A DNA stretch of 64,000 nt from Octopus vulgaris (GCA_951406725.2 OX597827.1:16492001-16556000); one strand, 5' to 3'; counted from the first letter of the stretch, positions 37,826 through 51,714 are shown. A program made the numbers and translations. Notes: a model not told the origin generated them from the sequence alone.

Positions 37826-37897
<72 letters not shown>
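37020..37897. repeat. Degenerate (TA)n array (~880 bp)
   Basis: Direct reading; explains the (YI)n ORFs. Confidence 0.95.
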
Positions 37898-37898
<1 letters not shown>

Positions 37899-38464
37899 GA
37901 GAAGTCCCTTTGATCCAGTCGTCCCAGAAATAAATGGATCCCCACCCATGTGAGCAACCAGACGGATAACGATATGGAAGATGAAAACTTAACAACCAGA
38001 AATCTCTCTTTGCCAGAGGTTCAAGAAAAGAATTGAACCCTCACCCCTATCGACATCTAGAGGAACTCAATGGCTACCACCAGTAAAGGAAGGAAAGACC
38101 AGAAGAAAAAAAACATAAAAAATCAGAATGGAGAGAGAGGAAAAGAAAAGATGCAACAACTAAAACTAAATCCGAAACTCTAAACCACCAAACAAAAAAC
38201 AGAAAACCCAAATATGGTGGTACTAATGGAATTCGCAACTCTAGAGGAGAGAAAAAGTCTGGAATGAAGACGAGGACGTGCAAGTTTTACCTCTAAGTGA
38301 AATGTAGAATACGGTATAATCTGCCACTTTTCTCACCCGAGACCCCGTCAAAACTGCAGGCGCCTTATGGAGAAATACTCCCCAGAGGAAAGGCACCAAT
38401 CGTCTCCAAAGAGAAACTATGCAGATGCAGTGCGCTCTTTAGATGTTTTGCGGAAGGCTGAGCA

Positions 38465-38560
38465 AGAGTCTTCTTTGTGCATTGTGCCACGCAGTAGGAC
38501 TGAACTCAGAACCATGTGGTTGGGAAGCAATCTTCTTACCACGCACCCACACCTGTGCCT
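38465..38560 (-). mobile_element. SINE group C head fragment
   Basis: gtgccacgcagtaggactgaactcagaaccatgtggttgggaagc matches the group C head in reverse. Confidence 0.7.
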
Positions 38561-38591
38561 CCACACAGCCATGCCATATACATATACACAG

Positions 38592-38790
38592 TCGCCATGA
38601 TAGATCGTTAGCCACTACACACATTTTTTTCTCTCGTTTCTCTCCTTGTTTCTTTCTGTGTTCCTTTCTGTGGAAGAGCGTAGGCTCGAAACGTAAAAGA
38701 CTTTTTCAATTCCCGAGCGTTATACTAATACATCTGTTTGTTTTTTACACCACCTGTCTTCGTCTTTTGTTTTTTTTCGTGAATTCTCTC
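38592..38790 (+). mobile_element. PLE terminal repeat with hammerhead-like motif (38663-38701)
   Basis: ccttt-CTGTGGA-a-gagc-gtag-gctc-GAAACGTA-aaaga. Confidence 0.75.
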
Positions 38791-39042
38791 TCTCTCTCTG
38801 TATATATATAAACGTGTACATATGTATATAAGTTAGCGTATGTATATATATGAACATATAAAAACAGACACACAAACACACTCACATATGTATATACATG
38901 CATGTATACAAATATGCACATACACATATGTTCCCATACATTTCCTTAACTGTATATTTCGTTAACATTTTGCACCTAATAAAGCAGAAATCTTTCATAG
39001 CTCGTAAATCAGAGAGTATTTCTTCTTCTCTTGGTTACTAGT

Positions 39043-39084
39043 GATTATTATTATCATTATAATTATTATTATTATTATCATTAC

Positions 39085-39120
<36 letters not shown>

Positions 39121-39127
39121 CATTATA

Positions 39128-39176
<49 letters not shown>

Positions 39177-39207
39177 TTATTATTATCATTATTATTATTA
39201 TCATTAC

Positions 39208-39267
<60 letters not shown>

Positions 39268-39378
39268 TATTATCATCATTATTTATTATTATTATTATCA
39301 TCATTATTTATTATTATTATTATTATCATTATTTATTATTATTATTATCATCATTATTTATTATTATTATTATTATTA

Positions 39379-39425
<47 letters not shown>

Positions 39426-39507
39426 CATCATTATTTATTATTATTATTATTATTATTATCATCATTATTTATTACTATTATTATTATTATTATTATTATT
39501 ATCATCA

Positions 39508-39561
<54 letters not shown>

Positions 39562-39674
39562 TGTTGTTTTTTTCGTGCCTGTACAGGCTTCTCTAGTCGG
39601 CGTGAATATTATTAGAGCTAATGTCATTATGGTTATGGATGATGATGATGACGATGACGACTGCGATAATAATA

Positions 39675-39717
<43 letters not shown>

Positions 39718-39735
39718 GACTCTTAATATAGACGT

Positions 39736-39772
<37 letters not shown>

Positions 39773-39895
39773 AACGAGAACTACGTTGAGGATGCTGCAG
39801 ACATTGATGATGATGATGATGCTGATAATGATGTTGAGGATGATGATGGTGATGAAGATGATGATGATGAAGATGATGATGAGGATGATGATGAT
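39043..39895. repeat. (ATT)n array followed by (GAT)/(AAT) arrays
   Basis: Direct reading; explains the 286-aa I/L/Y/D-rich ORF. Confidence 0.95.
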
Positions 39896-40128
39896 ATATA
39901 GATCCACATGATAAACACCTTTTCCGAACTCGTTATGAAAAAAAAAAGACATGCAGAATTTATCAGTTTCCCTATATTCTGTGTGTGTGTGTGTGTGTAC
40001 TTGTGTGTGCTTATTTGTGTGCGTGTGTCTGTCTCTCACAAACGCACGCACTCTCATACATACATACATACATACATACATACATACATACATACATACA
40101 TACATACATACAAACATACATACATATA

Positions 40129-40187
<59 letters not shown>

Positions 40188-40684
40188 GTATGTATATATA
40201 TACACTACAGCATACGCACACTCACAGACAAATAAACTATTGTGCACACAAATACACAAGGAAGGGAGCCAAATTAGATTAATAAACGGGCTGTCCATAA
40301 GGAACGCGCGATCGTCATCTAAAATTAATGACTTCTGAGAGAGCAACAACAAGAACAACAACATCAATAATAATGACAAACAACAATAACAACCAACCAT
40401 CATGAAATAATGATAATGATGATAACAACAACAACAACAAACAACAACAACAACAACAATAATAATAATAGTTGCGATAGAACGTGGACTAAATAACATA
40501 AAACTGGCAAAAACCGAAGCGTAATGGGGAAAATAAAATAATAGGTAGCAACACTCCTGCTGTTTCCGTGAAAACGTTACAAATCGTAAATTAAGTCATC
40601 TGAGGGGAAAATGACAGGAAAAGGCAAGGAAGAGAGTAATATATATATACATAAAATAGATAGAGATCGATATATAAATATATA

Positions 40685-40759
<75 letters not shown>

Positions 40760-41049
40760 TATATATCTATATGTATACGTACCTACACGTATGCGTATAT
40801 ATGATTTGGTTTAGGCTTTCCGACATTAATACAAGTTGTTAGAACTCGACATACCTTGGCTTAGAGTGAAGTGTTAGGAGAGTACAGGGTGCAATATTAA
40901 TTACTTCCATCAGCGGTGTGCTCACAGCTAAGTACACCATCCTGTGAGAGATAAATATCTTTTGTAAATTGTGTATAAAATTTGACACGCACACACACAC
41001 ACACGCAGACAAATAGATATATATGTATATATAGATAGATATGTGTATA

Positions 41050-41104
<55 letters not shown>

Positions 41105-41368
41105 GTATATATATGTGTTTATATATATGTATTTATTTATATATATATGTATATATATATGAAAATATTAGTTATCGCCATACTAATATGGCATTCTTTT
41201 AGAAAGACTTAGTAATTTTAATATTTCTATTATATATATATGTATGTATTTATATATATGCATATATAAATATATATGTATTTATTTATATATATGTATA
41301 TAAATATTTATTTATGTATTTATATATATGTATATATAGCTATATATATATACATGTATATACACACG

Positions 41369-41431
<63 letters not shown>

Positions 41432-41489
41432 GTAAATATATATACATACATATATACATATACACATATACACATCTGCATATATATAT

Positions 41490-42638
41490 ATTTGAAATTT
41501 ATAGAAAAACAAAAGACGAAGACAGGTGTATAAATAAGAAGCAGGTGTATTAGTATGACGCTCGGGGAGGTGAGAAAGCCTTTTACGTTTCGAGCCTACG
41601 CTCTCCAGCAGAAAGGAACACGATGAAATAAAACATGAGAGAGAATAAAAACACTTTTGGAGTTAGCGGTCAGTCATGGAGACTGGCTTGTCAAAGGTAA
41701 CTAGGAAGAAGGTGAGATAATAAAGTATTGGCGATCCCAAACCGAAGTTGTGCATGCGTGTGTGTACGTGAGAGTGTGTACGTGCGTGTGGAGATGGGCT
41801 GGTGACTTTGATGTGTGGATGTGTGCGCATGTGTGTGCGTCTGTAATATATGGGTGTGTGGATGATGGTATGGGTGCTGGGAAGTGGTCAGTGCTAGTGT
41901 GTGCGGGGTGGTGTGATGTGGCGGTGTTAGGATGTGGCGATGTGGGGATGTGAAGGTGGAGTGTGGGTTTGGGGTGAGGATATGGGGGTGGAAGTGGGAT
42001 ATGTGGGAGTGGGATGTTTTTTTTGGTGGGGTGGAGTGTGGATGGAGGGAGTATCGATGAAGGGAGAATGTGTGTAGGAGTGAAAAGAGGAAGTAGGTGT
42101 CAGATGAAGAGAGAAGAGTGGAGTGAAGTTGGGCCCATGTGGCGCAAATGAGCGAAGAGAGAAGACTAGTACATGTTCACGTCGAAGGCGGCAGTCCGGA
42201 TGGACCCCGTGAAAAGACAATCCGAATACAGACAGGTGTTGTAATGAATGATCGGTAGAGCGGAAATGGCGCGAGACCGCGGTGTCATTGCCGAGTCTAA
42301 TTGTTACGGAGATGCTCAGTGAACCGGTCAGTCAAACGGCGTCCCGTTTAACCGAGGTACAGAGAGGGACAGAAAGAGGAGGAGATGCAGTAAATGACGT
42401 TGCTAGAAGCGCAGGTAAAGGAGTCAGTGATACGATAGGGGCAATGATGGGTGCCTGTGAGGATGCTGGTGATGGAGATGCAGGGGGAAATGCGGCAGCG
42501 TAGGTGGGAGCAAAGGAACGAGTCAGGTTGGAAGGTGGGGTTAGGGGAGAAACTGTGAAACAGGAAGTCACTAGGTTGTGGATTCGTTTGAAGGAGGGAA
42601 GGAAAAGGTTGCAGAAGATGAGCGATGTGGAGGGGTCG

Positions 42639-42640
<2 letters not shown>
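41490..42640 (-). mobile_element. 5'-truncated Penelope-like element: GIY-YIG endonuclease remnant, 3' region and hammerhead-bearing terminal repeat
   Basis: Minus frames: PYRITDSFTCASSNVIYCISSSFCPSLYLG*TGRRLTDRFTEHLR...HPDCRLRREHVLVFSLRSFAPHGPNF (42118-42450); hammerhead-like motif at 41579-41616; (TA)n on both ends. Confidence 0.88.
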
Positions 42641-42690
<50 letters not shown>

Positions 42691-42949
42691 ATTCATATAT
42701 ATAAATAAATACACCTTCATATATATATATGAACATTCATATACCATGGAGATTCTTATAGTAGCAGAAAAGGAATTTTTAACTCCTATTTGTAATTTCG
42801 GTCTGTGGTGAAGCAGTTAGCTGAACCCTAATTATAATTATGTGGATAATTTTACCTATACAGGTTATTTTAACGTACCGATCTACTTGGTAAAATTGTT
42901 ACTTAATTAATTTAATAAACACATTTTACCCTTCTATTATATATATGTA

Positions 42950-43020
<71 letters not shown>

Positions 43021-43488
43021 GACTTGCGATAATTTAAGCGGAATGACAGCAGTGTAATTGTTCCCGTCTCGTAGGATCTCCATAGGATAGGAGCAACTTC
43101 TGTTCTAGGCTCTAACTAGTAAAAATTTCTTTAAGCGAAAGAATACTCAATTGCAAACTCTGAAATACTATATATTTTCTTAATAACTGGATATGCCGTC
43201 TTTACATTAAAGCTATTAGTTTTGCACTAACCCGGTTGTTTAACGACTTCTTTTATTACGCCTTTAGTAATGAATTCTTAAAAACAAACAAACAAACAAA
43301 AGCAGTGGAGTCTCAATGGTGGTTTATTTGATTTAAGTTGTGTATTCTCATTTGTTATTTACGGGTGTCCCATTTCATGTGGTTTCGTTTATAACGGTTT
43401 GCTGTGTGTGTATGTGGCTTTGTGTATTTGCTGAAACGTTTGTTTATTTGTCTGTGTGTCTGTTCAAAGCACAACTATACAAATTGCT

Positions 43489-43881
43489 GTGGAGGCGCAA
43501 TGGCCCAGTGGTTAGGGCAGCGGACTCGCGGTCGTAGGATCGCGGTTTCGATTCCCAGACCGGGCGGCGTTGTGAGTGTTTATTGAGCGAAAACACCTAA
43601 AAAAGCTCCACGAGGCTCCGGCAGGGGATGGTGGTGATCCCTGCTGTACTCTTTCACCACAACTTTCTCTCACTCTTACTTCCTGTTTCTGTTGTACCTG
43701 TATTTCAAGGGGCCGGCCTTGTCACTCTCTGTGTTACGCTGAATATCCCCGAGAACTACGTTAAGGGTACACGTGTCTGTGGAGTGCTCAGCCACTTACA
43801 CGTTAATTTCACGAGCAGGCTGTTCCGTTGATCGGATCAACCGGAACCCTCGTCGTCGTAACCGACGGAGTGCTTCCATCC
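43489..43881 (+). mobile_element. SINE group A, full length
   Basis: 12-bp TSD atacaaattgct (43477-43488, 43882-43893). Confidence 0.95.
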
Positions 43882-44026
43882 ATACAAATTGCTATCACTG
43901 ACCGTCTTTCTGAGACTATCAAAGTGATATCTGAAATAGTAAAATTGGTATGGCCTTGACAATGCATAAAGGTGCTGTATATTTTAGAAAACTGGAATGA
44001 AACATTAAGTTGTTGCGTTCATATTT

Positions 44027-44452
44027 GGATCTTTTCGGTTTGAACGGCAGTTTTTTCTAGCAGTGTCATATGAAATTGTCACCCATAATTATGACCCTAG
44101 AATCGATCTATTGCATTTCAATCTGTTTTAGGGTTAGAGTTAGTTAGGGTTAGGTGTGGGGGGAAGGGTATTTTTTTTCTTCACAAATGTAAATAAACCC
44201 AATCTGTTTCTTAAACGAGGGACATATTCATACGGCACAGAATGCTTTTTACCTCAATAGACGTCACTGATTGGTTGAAATTGCAGAAATTGAAGAAAAA
44301 CAACAATAAATATCTTGCAAACTATAGAATTTTCTCAATAAAGCCAAGAGAAAAAGATATTTTATAAACACATTCTACCAGTATACGAAGTTTCAAATTT
44401 TTTAGTTACCTAGAAATTATGTTAAAAACTGCCGTTCAAACCGAAAAGATCC
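44027..44452 (+). mobile_element. Telomere-repeat-bearing MITE, copy 4
   Basis: Perfect TIRs; TSD tcatattt/tcacattt (one mismatch). Confidence 0.93.
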
Positions 44453-45224
44453 TCACATTTTCTGTTCCTCTAGACAATACAATTTTAGACAATCGACATT
44501 GGAGCACATTGCACTTTTTATATACACTTTATATACTTTATGCACAATTTTATAGACTTAATTACACAGCGCTCTCCTTTCTCTCTCACCCTTCGCCCTA
44601 GCCTCTTTTTCTCTCTCCTTTTTCTTTCGCTCTTCGTGTTTCCTTTCAACTAATCACGTGAAAGGATTACAGACGGGCTAAGTAACAAAGGAAAACAGAA
44701 CGTAGCTAAAAGAAAAAATTACACATGTCACTCACCACCACCTCTCCTTCCTCTCCACCTGCTAAGCTTTTTGTCTGACGTGCTAACGATGTAATAAACT
44801 TCTCCTCCCCGCAAAATTGCTGGATTTGTGTGAAAAAAAAATTGAAGGAATTAATAATAATAACAACAACATTGATAATAATTCTTTCTAATTTTGACAC
44901 AAGGCCAGCAATTTTGAGGTGTAGGGAAGTCGATTACTTCAACCCTAGTGCTCACCTGGTTCTTATTTTATCGTTTCCGAAAGGATGAAAAGCAAGCACT
45001 AAGTCCTATGCCCGCCCCCCGTATATATATCTATATCTATCTATATATATATATAATAAATACATACATATAAACACAGATTAATAAGGGGTTTGTAATC
45101 CATGCAGAATTAAAGCCCACCAAAGCATATCCAAAACATTTGTGTCAATAAATATTTGAACTTCATTATTTGTGTGTATATATTCATACATACACACACA
45201 AACGTACACAAATGCACACAAATG

Positions 45225-45279
<55 letters not shown>

Positions 45280-45699
45280 TCAAGCATGGTCGATGCCAGT
45301 ACCACCTGACTGACCCTCGTGCCTTAGGATTTCGAGCTTAGAACGTAACGAGCCGGAAGAAATGCTGCTTGGCATTTTGTCCGACACGCTAATGACTCTC
45401 CGAATTAGCTTCCTCGAAGAATAATGATAAGAAAAATGAAAAGAAAGTTCTTCTAGTCGATTTATGAGACCCTACAAATAATAACGTACCTTTAAATGAG
45501 ATGGAGATATTCTCTAAATATAAAGGTCTGGAAATAGAATTTGTGGTCTGAAAACAGAACTAATCGATATAATAATAGGTATTTTCGGAATGATGAAAAA
45601 CATGCAGAGAAATATAATAAGAAAACAACTCTATTAGTTACCGCATGCATTCAATACTGGAATAATAACAAACCTAGAACAAAGCGCTGCACACAAGAA

Positions 45700-47372
45700 A
45701 AATTATTTTCAGCATTGACACTACAAGTGTAAATTCCAGTAAATTCAATACAAATTGTGAACTCTTCCAAGGTAACTCATTATCTTCTTTGTTATTCTGT
45801 TTAGCACTGATTCCCCTAAGTAAACAGTAAACTGTGTGAAAGAAATTATGGCTGTAAATGTGTATGAGAAAAACCGTCAACCATCTTTTCTATGTGGATG
45901 ATTTGAAGTATTTTTACAAAACAAAAAAAAAAAAAATTATCAACAGCTGCAAGCGCTTCTTCACACTGTCAAACAATATAGTGATGGCATCAAAATGAAA
46001 TTGGAACTTGACAAATGTACCAAGTCTATATTCGAAAAGGGAAAACTACTAAGCATATGCGGCATCACCCTAAATAGAGATATAAAATGAAATAATTAAA
46101 ACCCGAGGTCAGATATATGCATTTAGTTATTTCTAAAACAGAATGAGAAAAATAGATGAAAAAAATGAATTCCATTGCTGAGTAAATCGATTCTGAAAAC
46201 TGAGTTTAATGCCAGAAACAAAATTCAGGCCATAAACACGGCAGCTGTACTCACGTACAGCTTCAATGTTATACACAAGTCCATCCATCACTGAGATCAA
46301 CAATATTGATGTTAAAATTCGAAAGTTGAGGACGATGTATCGTATCATTTCAAAAGTTGACATAAATCGATAATACCTTTCAAGAAAAAGAGCATGGTCG
46401 GTGATTAATATATTATCAGCTTTCAGTTAAAATTGCAACCATGGAACTTGCTTACCTGCAATAAACAAAAAAAAATAATAATAAAACGACTGGGTGTTGA
46501 GGGTAGGTTTGAAATACAAAGATACCGAAAAGCTGCGATCAGTGATTAAGATTCAATGATATCTTTTTCCCTATTCGTACAAAGGCTGAAATTTTGCGGA
46601 GACGGAGTTAGTCGATTACCTCGACCCTAGTACTCAACTGGTACTTATTTCATCAACCCCAAAAGGATGAACAGAAGGCAAAGTCGACCTCGCGGAATAC
46701 AATAATATAACTTCGGAAGGCGGCGAGCTGGCAGAAACGTTAGTGTGCCGGGCGAAATGCTTAGCAGTATTTCGTCTGTCTTTACATTCTGAGTTCAAAT
46801 TCCACCAAGGTCGACTTTGCCTTTCATCCTTTCGGGGTCGATTAAATAAGTACCAGTTATGCACTGGGGTCGATGTAATCGACTTAATCAGTTTGTCTGT
46901 CCTTGTTTGTCTCCTCTGTGTATAGCCCCTTGTGGGCAGTAAAGAAATAAGAAACGTTAGTGCGCCGGGGGAAACGCTTAGCAGTATTTCGTCTGTCTTT
47001 AACGTCCTGAGTTCAAATTCCGCCGAGGTCGACTTTGCCTTTCGTCCTTTCGAGGTCGATAAATTAAGTACCAGTTACGCACTGGAGTTGATCTAATCGA
47101 CTGGCCCCATCCCTCAAAAATGTCGGGCCTTGTGCCTAGAGAAGAAAAGAATAATATAACTTCGGGAAATTCAGTTAAATGAATCGGTACTCAAAGAAAA
47201 TGTGTCCGCAACTGAAAAGGTAAAACAAATGAAAACATTACCTATTGTTGTAAGGTCCCAAGGAACAAAGAAATGTGTAGACCAAATTCTTAGCACTCTC
47301 AAATTAAGCGAATTTCAGAGGATCATACTTTTGGGTACCTCGCATATCTTACGTAAATTTCTCTCCATGTAA
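45700..47372 (+). mobile_element. Highly decayed R4/Dong-type LINE remnant(s)
   Basis: NHLFYVDDLKYF (~45880-45915), MKLELDKC (~45995-46020), terminal FQRIILLGTSHILRKFLSM* (~47313-47372); interrupted by SINEs. Confidence 0.75.
46717..47149 (+). mobile_element. Group B SINE dimer
   Basis: 16-bp TSD aataatataacttcgg (46701-46716, 47150-47165). Confidence 0.92.
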
Positions 47373-47635
47373 ATACAAACTTATTCATTTAGTTTTATTA
47401 TGAATATGAAAAAATTACATAAAAAGTAATTTCTTATATAACACAGACACCAGTTTATCAGTTGCATGACACATCTTTAGATGCCAGAACTTGTTTCTTG
47501 GCGCCTCTGATTAATTCTTGGGTGTAGATCGTACAGGTGAAAGCAAAGGGGGAAAATGAATAATAGTTTTCTTTATATATCACAAAATGGGCATTATGGG
47601 GATATTACAAACATGTTTACGTAAAGTGTAAATTT

Positions 47636-48187
47636 TGTTTGTTCCTTCTCGAGCCATGCCTGGCTCATAAGGGTCGGTTTCCCGGTTTCCTTGGCATATA
47701 GGTTCCCCACCTGGACGGGACGCCGGTCCGTCGCAGGTGAGCTGCAAGATGCAGGAGGAAAGAGTGAAAAAAAGTTGTGGCGAAAGAGTCAGCAGAAGTT
47801 CGCCACTACCTTCTGGCGGAGCCGCGCGAAGCGTAGGTGTTTTTGCTCATAAACACACCATCGCCTGGTCTGAGATTCGAACCCGCGATCCCTCGACCGC
47901 GAGTCCGCTGCTCTAACCACTATGCCATGTGCCTCCACTGCGCCCTTTTAAAGCCTATTTAGGCTCATGGGCTCGGTATCTCGGCTTCAATGGCGTATGT
48001 GTTCCCAAGCTGGACGGGACGCCAGTCCATCGCAGCGTTACTCATTTTTGCCAGGTGAGTGGACTGGAGCAACCTGAAATGAAGTGTTTTGCTCAAGAAC
48101 ACAACGCGTCGCCCGGTCCAGGAATCAAAACCACAATCTTACGATCATGATGCTGACACCCTAACCATTAAGCCACGCGCCTCCACA
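47636..48187 (-). mobile_element. Two abutting group A-related SINEs (47636-47938 and 47939-48187)
   Basis: Each starts gtggaggc on the minus strand; the first matches 34031-34321 and the second matches 51760-52009. Confidence 0.88.
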
Positions 48188-48568
48188 GCCATGTATTTGT
48201 ATACTGCGCATATCAGGCAGTCCCACCTAACAATTCTTCAGTGTTTGTAGAATTTATTTCGAATCCGTAGCAATTCCCGGCTAAGGATTCCTTGAAGTTA
48301 TCCATAGTCATTCATAAGTCGAAATTTTTCCAGGACGAACGATCCACTTCGTTGCCAGCAACATTCATAGCATGTCGTCAAACTTTCCCACAACAAATCC
48401 TCTGTATATTGCATAATACGACGAGTAAGACGCTGGAAAAGCTTCATCACATTCTAGGAGTCAGTTTTGGTGTTTACTGGACAGAGGACTACAACTCATG
48501 CAAATAAACGAGCCGTGGATAGACGTGCCTTAGAAATAGAGACCACGCCTCTTTCTCGTCCAGTAATT

Positions 48569-48748
48569 TCAACAATTGATGTAATCGCAGTGTGTCTGAG
48601 CAGCAAGAGCGGCATCACACTGAAGTTGTCTTGCACAAAGCGTTGGCAAGCAAATATACCAACAGCTATCGAAATAACAGGCACCAGAACTGTTCGAATA
48701 ACAATGAAATAGCACCAGGAGAAATAACAAAAGACGTTGTTATTTCAT
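48569..48748 (-). pseudogene. Candidate disabled exon: signal peptide plus Cys-rich peptide
   Basis: After acceptor-like ttttgcag: MK*QRLLLFLLVLFHCYSNSSGACYFDSCWYICLPTLCARQLQCDAALAAQTHCDYINC*; stop at codon 3; no homolog recognised. Confidence 0.25.
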
Positions 48749-49242
48749 TGTTCTGCAAAAAGTTTAATTACACAGAGAATATTGCCACGATGAAATGCGA
48801 AAGCAAAAGCGGAAAATATTGAAGGCTATCTTTGTAATTAATGCATTTACTTATTATCGAAGTGTTATTGCTTCTTGCTTGATATAAGATAAGTTTAATA
48901 GAGCAGAAATAAATCAATATGAGGCAAATTCAGTTTAACCTTACGAAATAATACAAAAGCAATCGTATCAGGCAGTCTCAGGTTAAAAAGACATGGCGTA
49001 TTTTGAATTTTGTGCATGGAAATTGCAAAATACAGACCGTGTAAAACTCCTCATCGCTGGAAACAAATATACTGCTAACCAATATGACTATCGACTATCT
49101 AAATAAAGGGGTCGGAATGCATCTCTTTAGTCCGGCAATTAAAACAAAAGACATTAATTGACACAAAGATACGTTTCCATACCACAAACATATTTCACAA
49201 CTATACAATTCACCTTATTCTTCTACTAAAACAAAAACAAAC

Positions 49243-49662
49243 TCTTTTAGTCTTTTACTTGTTTCAGTCATGTCATTTGACTGTGGCCATGCTGGAGCAC
49301 CGCCTTTAGTCGAGTAAATCGACCCCTGGACTTATTCTTTGTAAGCCTAGTACTTATTCTATCGGTATCTTTTGCCGAACCGCTAAGTTACGGGGACGTA
49401 AACATACCACCATCGGTTGTCAAGCGATGTTGGGGGGGGACAGACACAGGCACTTAAACATATATATACACACACACACATATATATATACATATATTCG
49501 ACGGGCTTCTTTCAGTTTCCGCCTACCAAATCCACTCACAAGGCTTTGGTCGGCCCGAGGCTATAGTAGAAGACACTTGCCCAAGGTGCCACGCAGTGGG
49601 ACTGAACCCGGAACCATGTGGTTGGTAAGCAAGCTACTTACCACACAGCCACTCCTGCGCCT
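49243..49662 (-). mobile_element. SINE group C, full length
   Basis: Head aggcgcaggagtggctgtgtggtaag...ccgggttcagtccc, internal (TA)/(TG), tail ...gactgaaacaagtaaaaga. Confidence 0.92.
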
Positions 49663-51232
49663 AAACGAACACAAATACTCAGCACTCAAAGAACTAAACA
49701 CATTATTGCCACAATATAATGTATGATGTGTAATACCTGGAAAGAAATTAGTCCTGATCTGAAATTAACTGCGGAATCCCAACAGATTTGCTAATTTAGG
49801 AAAATACATTTTTGAAAGCAAACAGATATTAGGTACAGAAATAGAAAATTAAAAGACAAAATGCATAGCAAAAATACAGAAAAACTGCAAAGGACGATAA
49901 TAAGATTTATTAAAGCTATTAAATGTTGAGAATGTATATTATGAAGAGAGACTGCGAACAAGCAAACCACACCTAATAAATAAAAGAGCACAGCAAAATA
50001 AAACACTTGTTCACGTATAAAATACTGAGCAAAAACAAAAGCCAAATGAGAACTACATAAATGAAACTATTAATATAAGTGAATATGATAAAGATTTAAT
50101 AACTGAAAATTATGAATACAGAAATTTTGAATGTAAAGATAATCTAACTTTTGAATATAACGAAAATCTAAATTTTGAAATGGTTAATGAATTAAAATCG
50201 ATAGAAGATATTCCTGTGGGTCATCGAAAAATATAACCTAATAATAGACTAACAATAATAACACAGGTAAAGTTACTCATGGCAGACATTGTGAAAAGCA
50301 AATGTGAACAATGACACCACCTTGAAAAACGACCTCTGTAGCAACCATTGTGTTTAGGAAGAAAGTGGGTATTTCCTCAAAACTTCTCATATAAAAACAT
50401 CTATCAGCAAACAAAGAAATGATAGAAAATAGCAGAAAAGATCTATCAATCATTAATGAATTCAACAATGAAAGGACACAAAGGGAGGAGAATCAGAACA
50501 AGAATTCATAAATACTGCAAAGCAAACAAAGGTTATTCGAAACCAAAGAACAACGCAAGTAATAGATCGAAAAGAATTCGCTATAATGAAAAGCAACGTT
50601 TCTTTAAATACCAGAAATATTTCGAATTCAACCCTTGAGAATTTTACTAAAAATTAAGAGATAGATGGAGTGCAAAAACAAGAAACACTACAAAAATTTG
50701 TGGGTAGTCTATGGAAAAGGAAGGGATCCACACAGACTAGAATGTTCAAGCTATGAGTAATATCTGAAGAATTATGGGAAATTATAACAGGAGTGGCTCA
50801 GACGCTATTAAAAATGAATAACTGGAAAACACTAAGCAAGATATTGTTCCAAATTTCTATTTAAAATATTTAATACCTATACGGAAAGAACTTGCAAAAG
50901 TATTCAATAATTTATTGGAAGAACCTAGAACAACACCTGAGTTCCTAATCCATAGATAAGTTGTTTTGTCTTAATTTCAAAAGACTAAAAAAAGACAAGT
51001 TACCTCCAAAATATCAGAACGAAAACCTGTCAGTCTATAAGTATAAAATACTTTAACTGAAATAATGTAGTAGAAAACGAATGATCACACGAAAAGAAGA
51101 AAACACACATTCGATTGTAGTGGATACGAAGAGAAGCAATGCTGCAAAGGTTTTAGAACGTTTGTGAGATTAATTATTGATCAACAAAATCATATTTGAA
51201 AACTGTAAGAGGTAAAAAAAAAAGGCCTCTGC

Positions 51233-51289
<57 letters not shown>

Positions 51290-51714
51290 TAAGGCCAACA
51301 GACCAGATATAGTTGTCAGAGATCATGAAGAAAAAAATGCTTTCTAATTGATGTATCAATACCGGCAGATGACAACGTGTCTCTAAAAGAAATGGAGAAA
51401 CTCTCAAAATACAAAGACCTGGAAATAGAGGTAACCAGAATGTGGAATCTAAAAGCAGAAACAATTCCTATCATAGTAGGTGCATTAGGCATGATAAAAA
51501 AATATTCAGACAAATACATAACAAAAACACCAGGACTTACAAACACATATAACATACAGAAAATTGCACTACTGGGCACTGCACACATCCTATCCAGTAC
51601 ACTTTCCATACAATAACCATCAGAGCATCACAACAAATCACAGCACATACCCAAGGCACACAGAGTTGCGCTTGGTAGTGAAGTGAAAGCACGCTATAAA
51701 AATAAAACTACTGA

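Noticed and set aside
37898-38460. Possible LINE ORF1 remnant (NYADAVR)
   Set aside because: Single weak motif with no supporting domain.
39041-39901. 286-aa ORF with acidic D-rich tail resembling a biomineral protein
   Set aside because: Built wholly from (ATT), (AAT) and (GAT) repeats; non-ATG start; no unique domain.
43489-43565. SINE heads as genuine tRNA genes
   Set aside because: A/B boxes are present but run into SINE bodies with TSDs; no clean acceptor stem or terminator.
48430-48450. DEAFP motif suggesting a Harbinger transposase
   Set aside because: Isolated 5-residue match with no flanking DDE_Tnp_4 motifs or TIRs.
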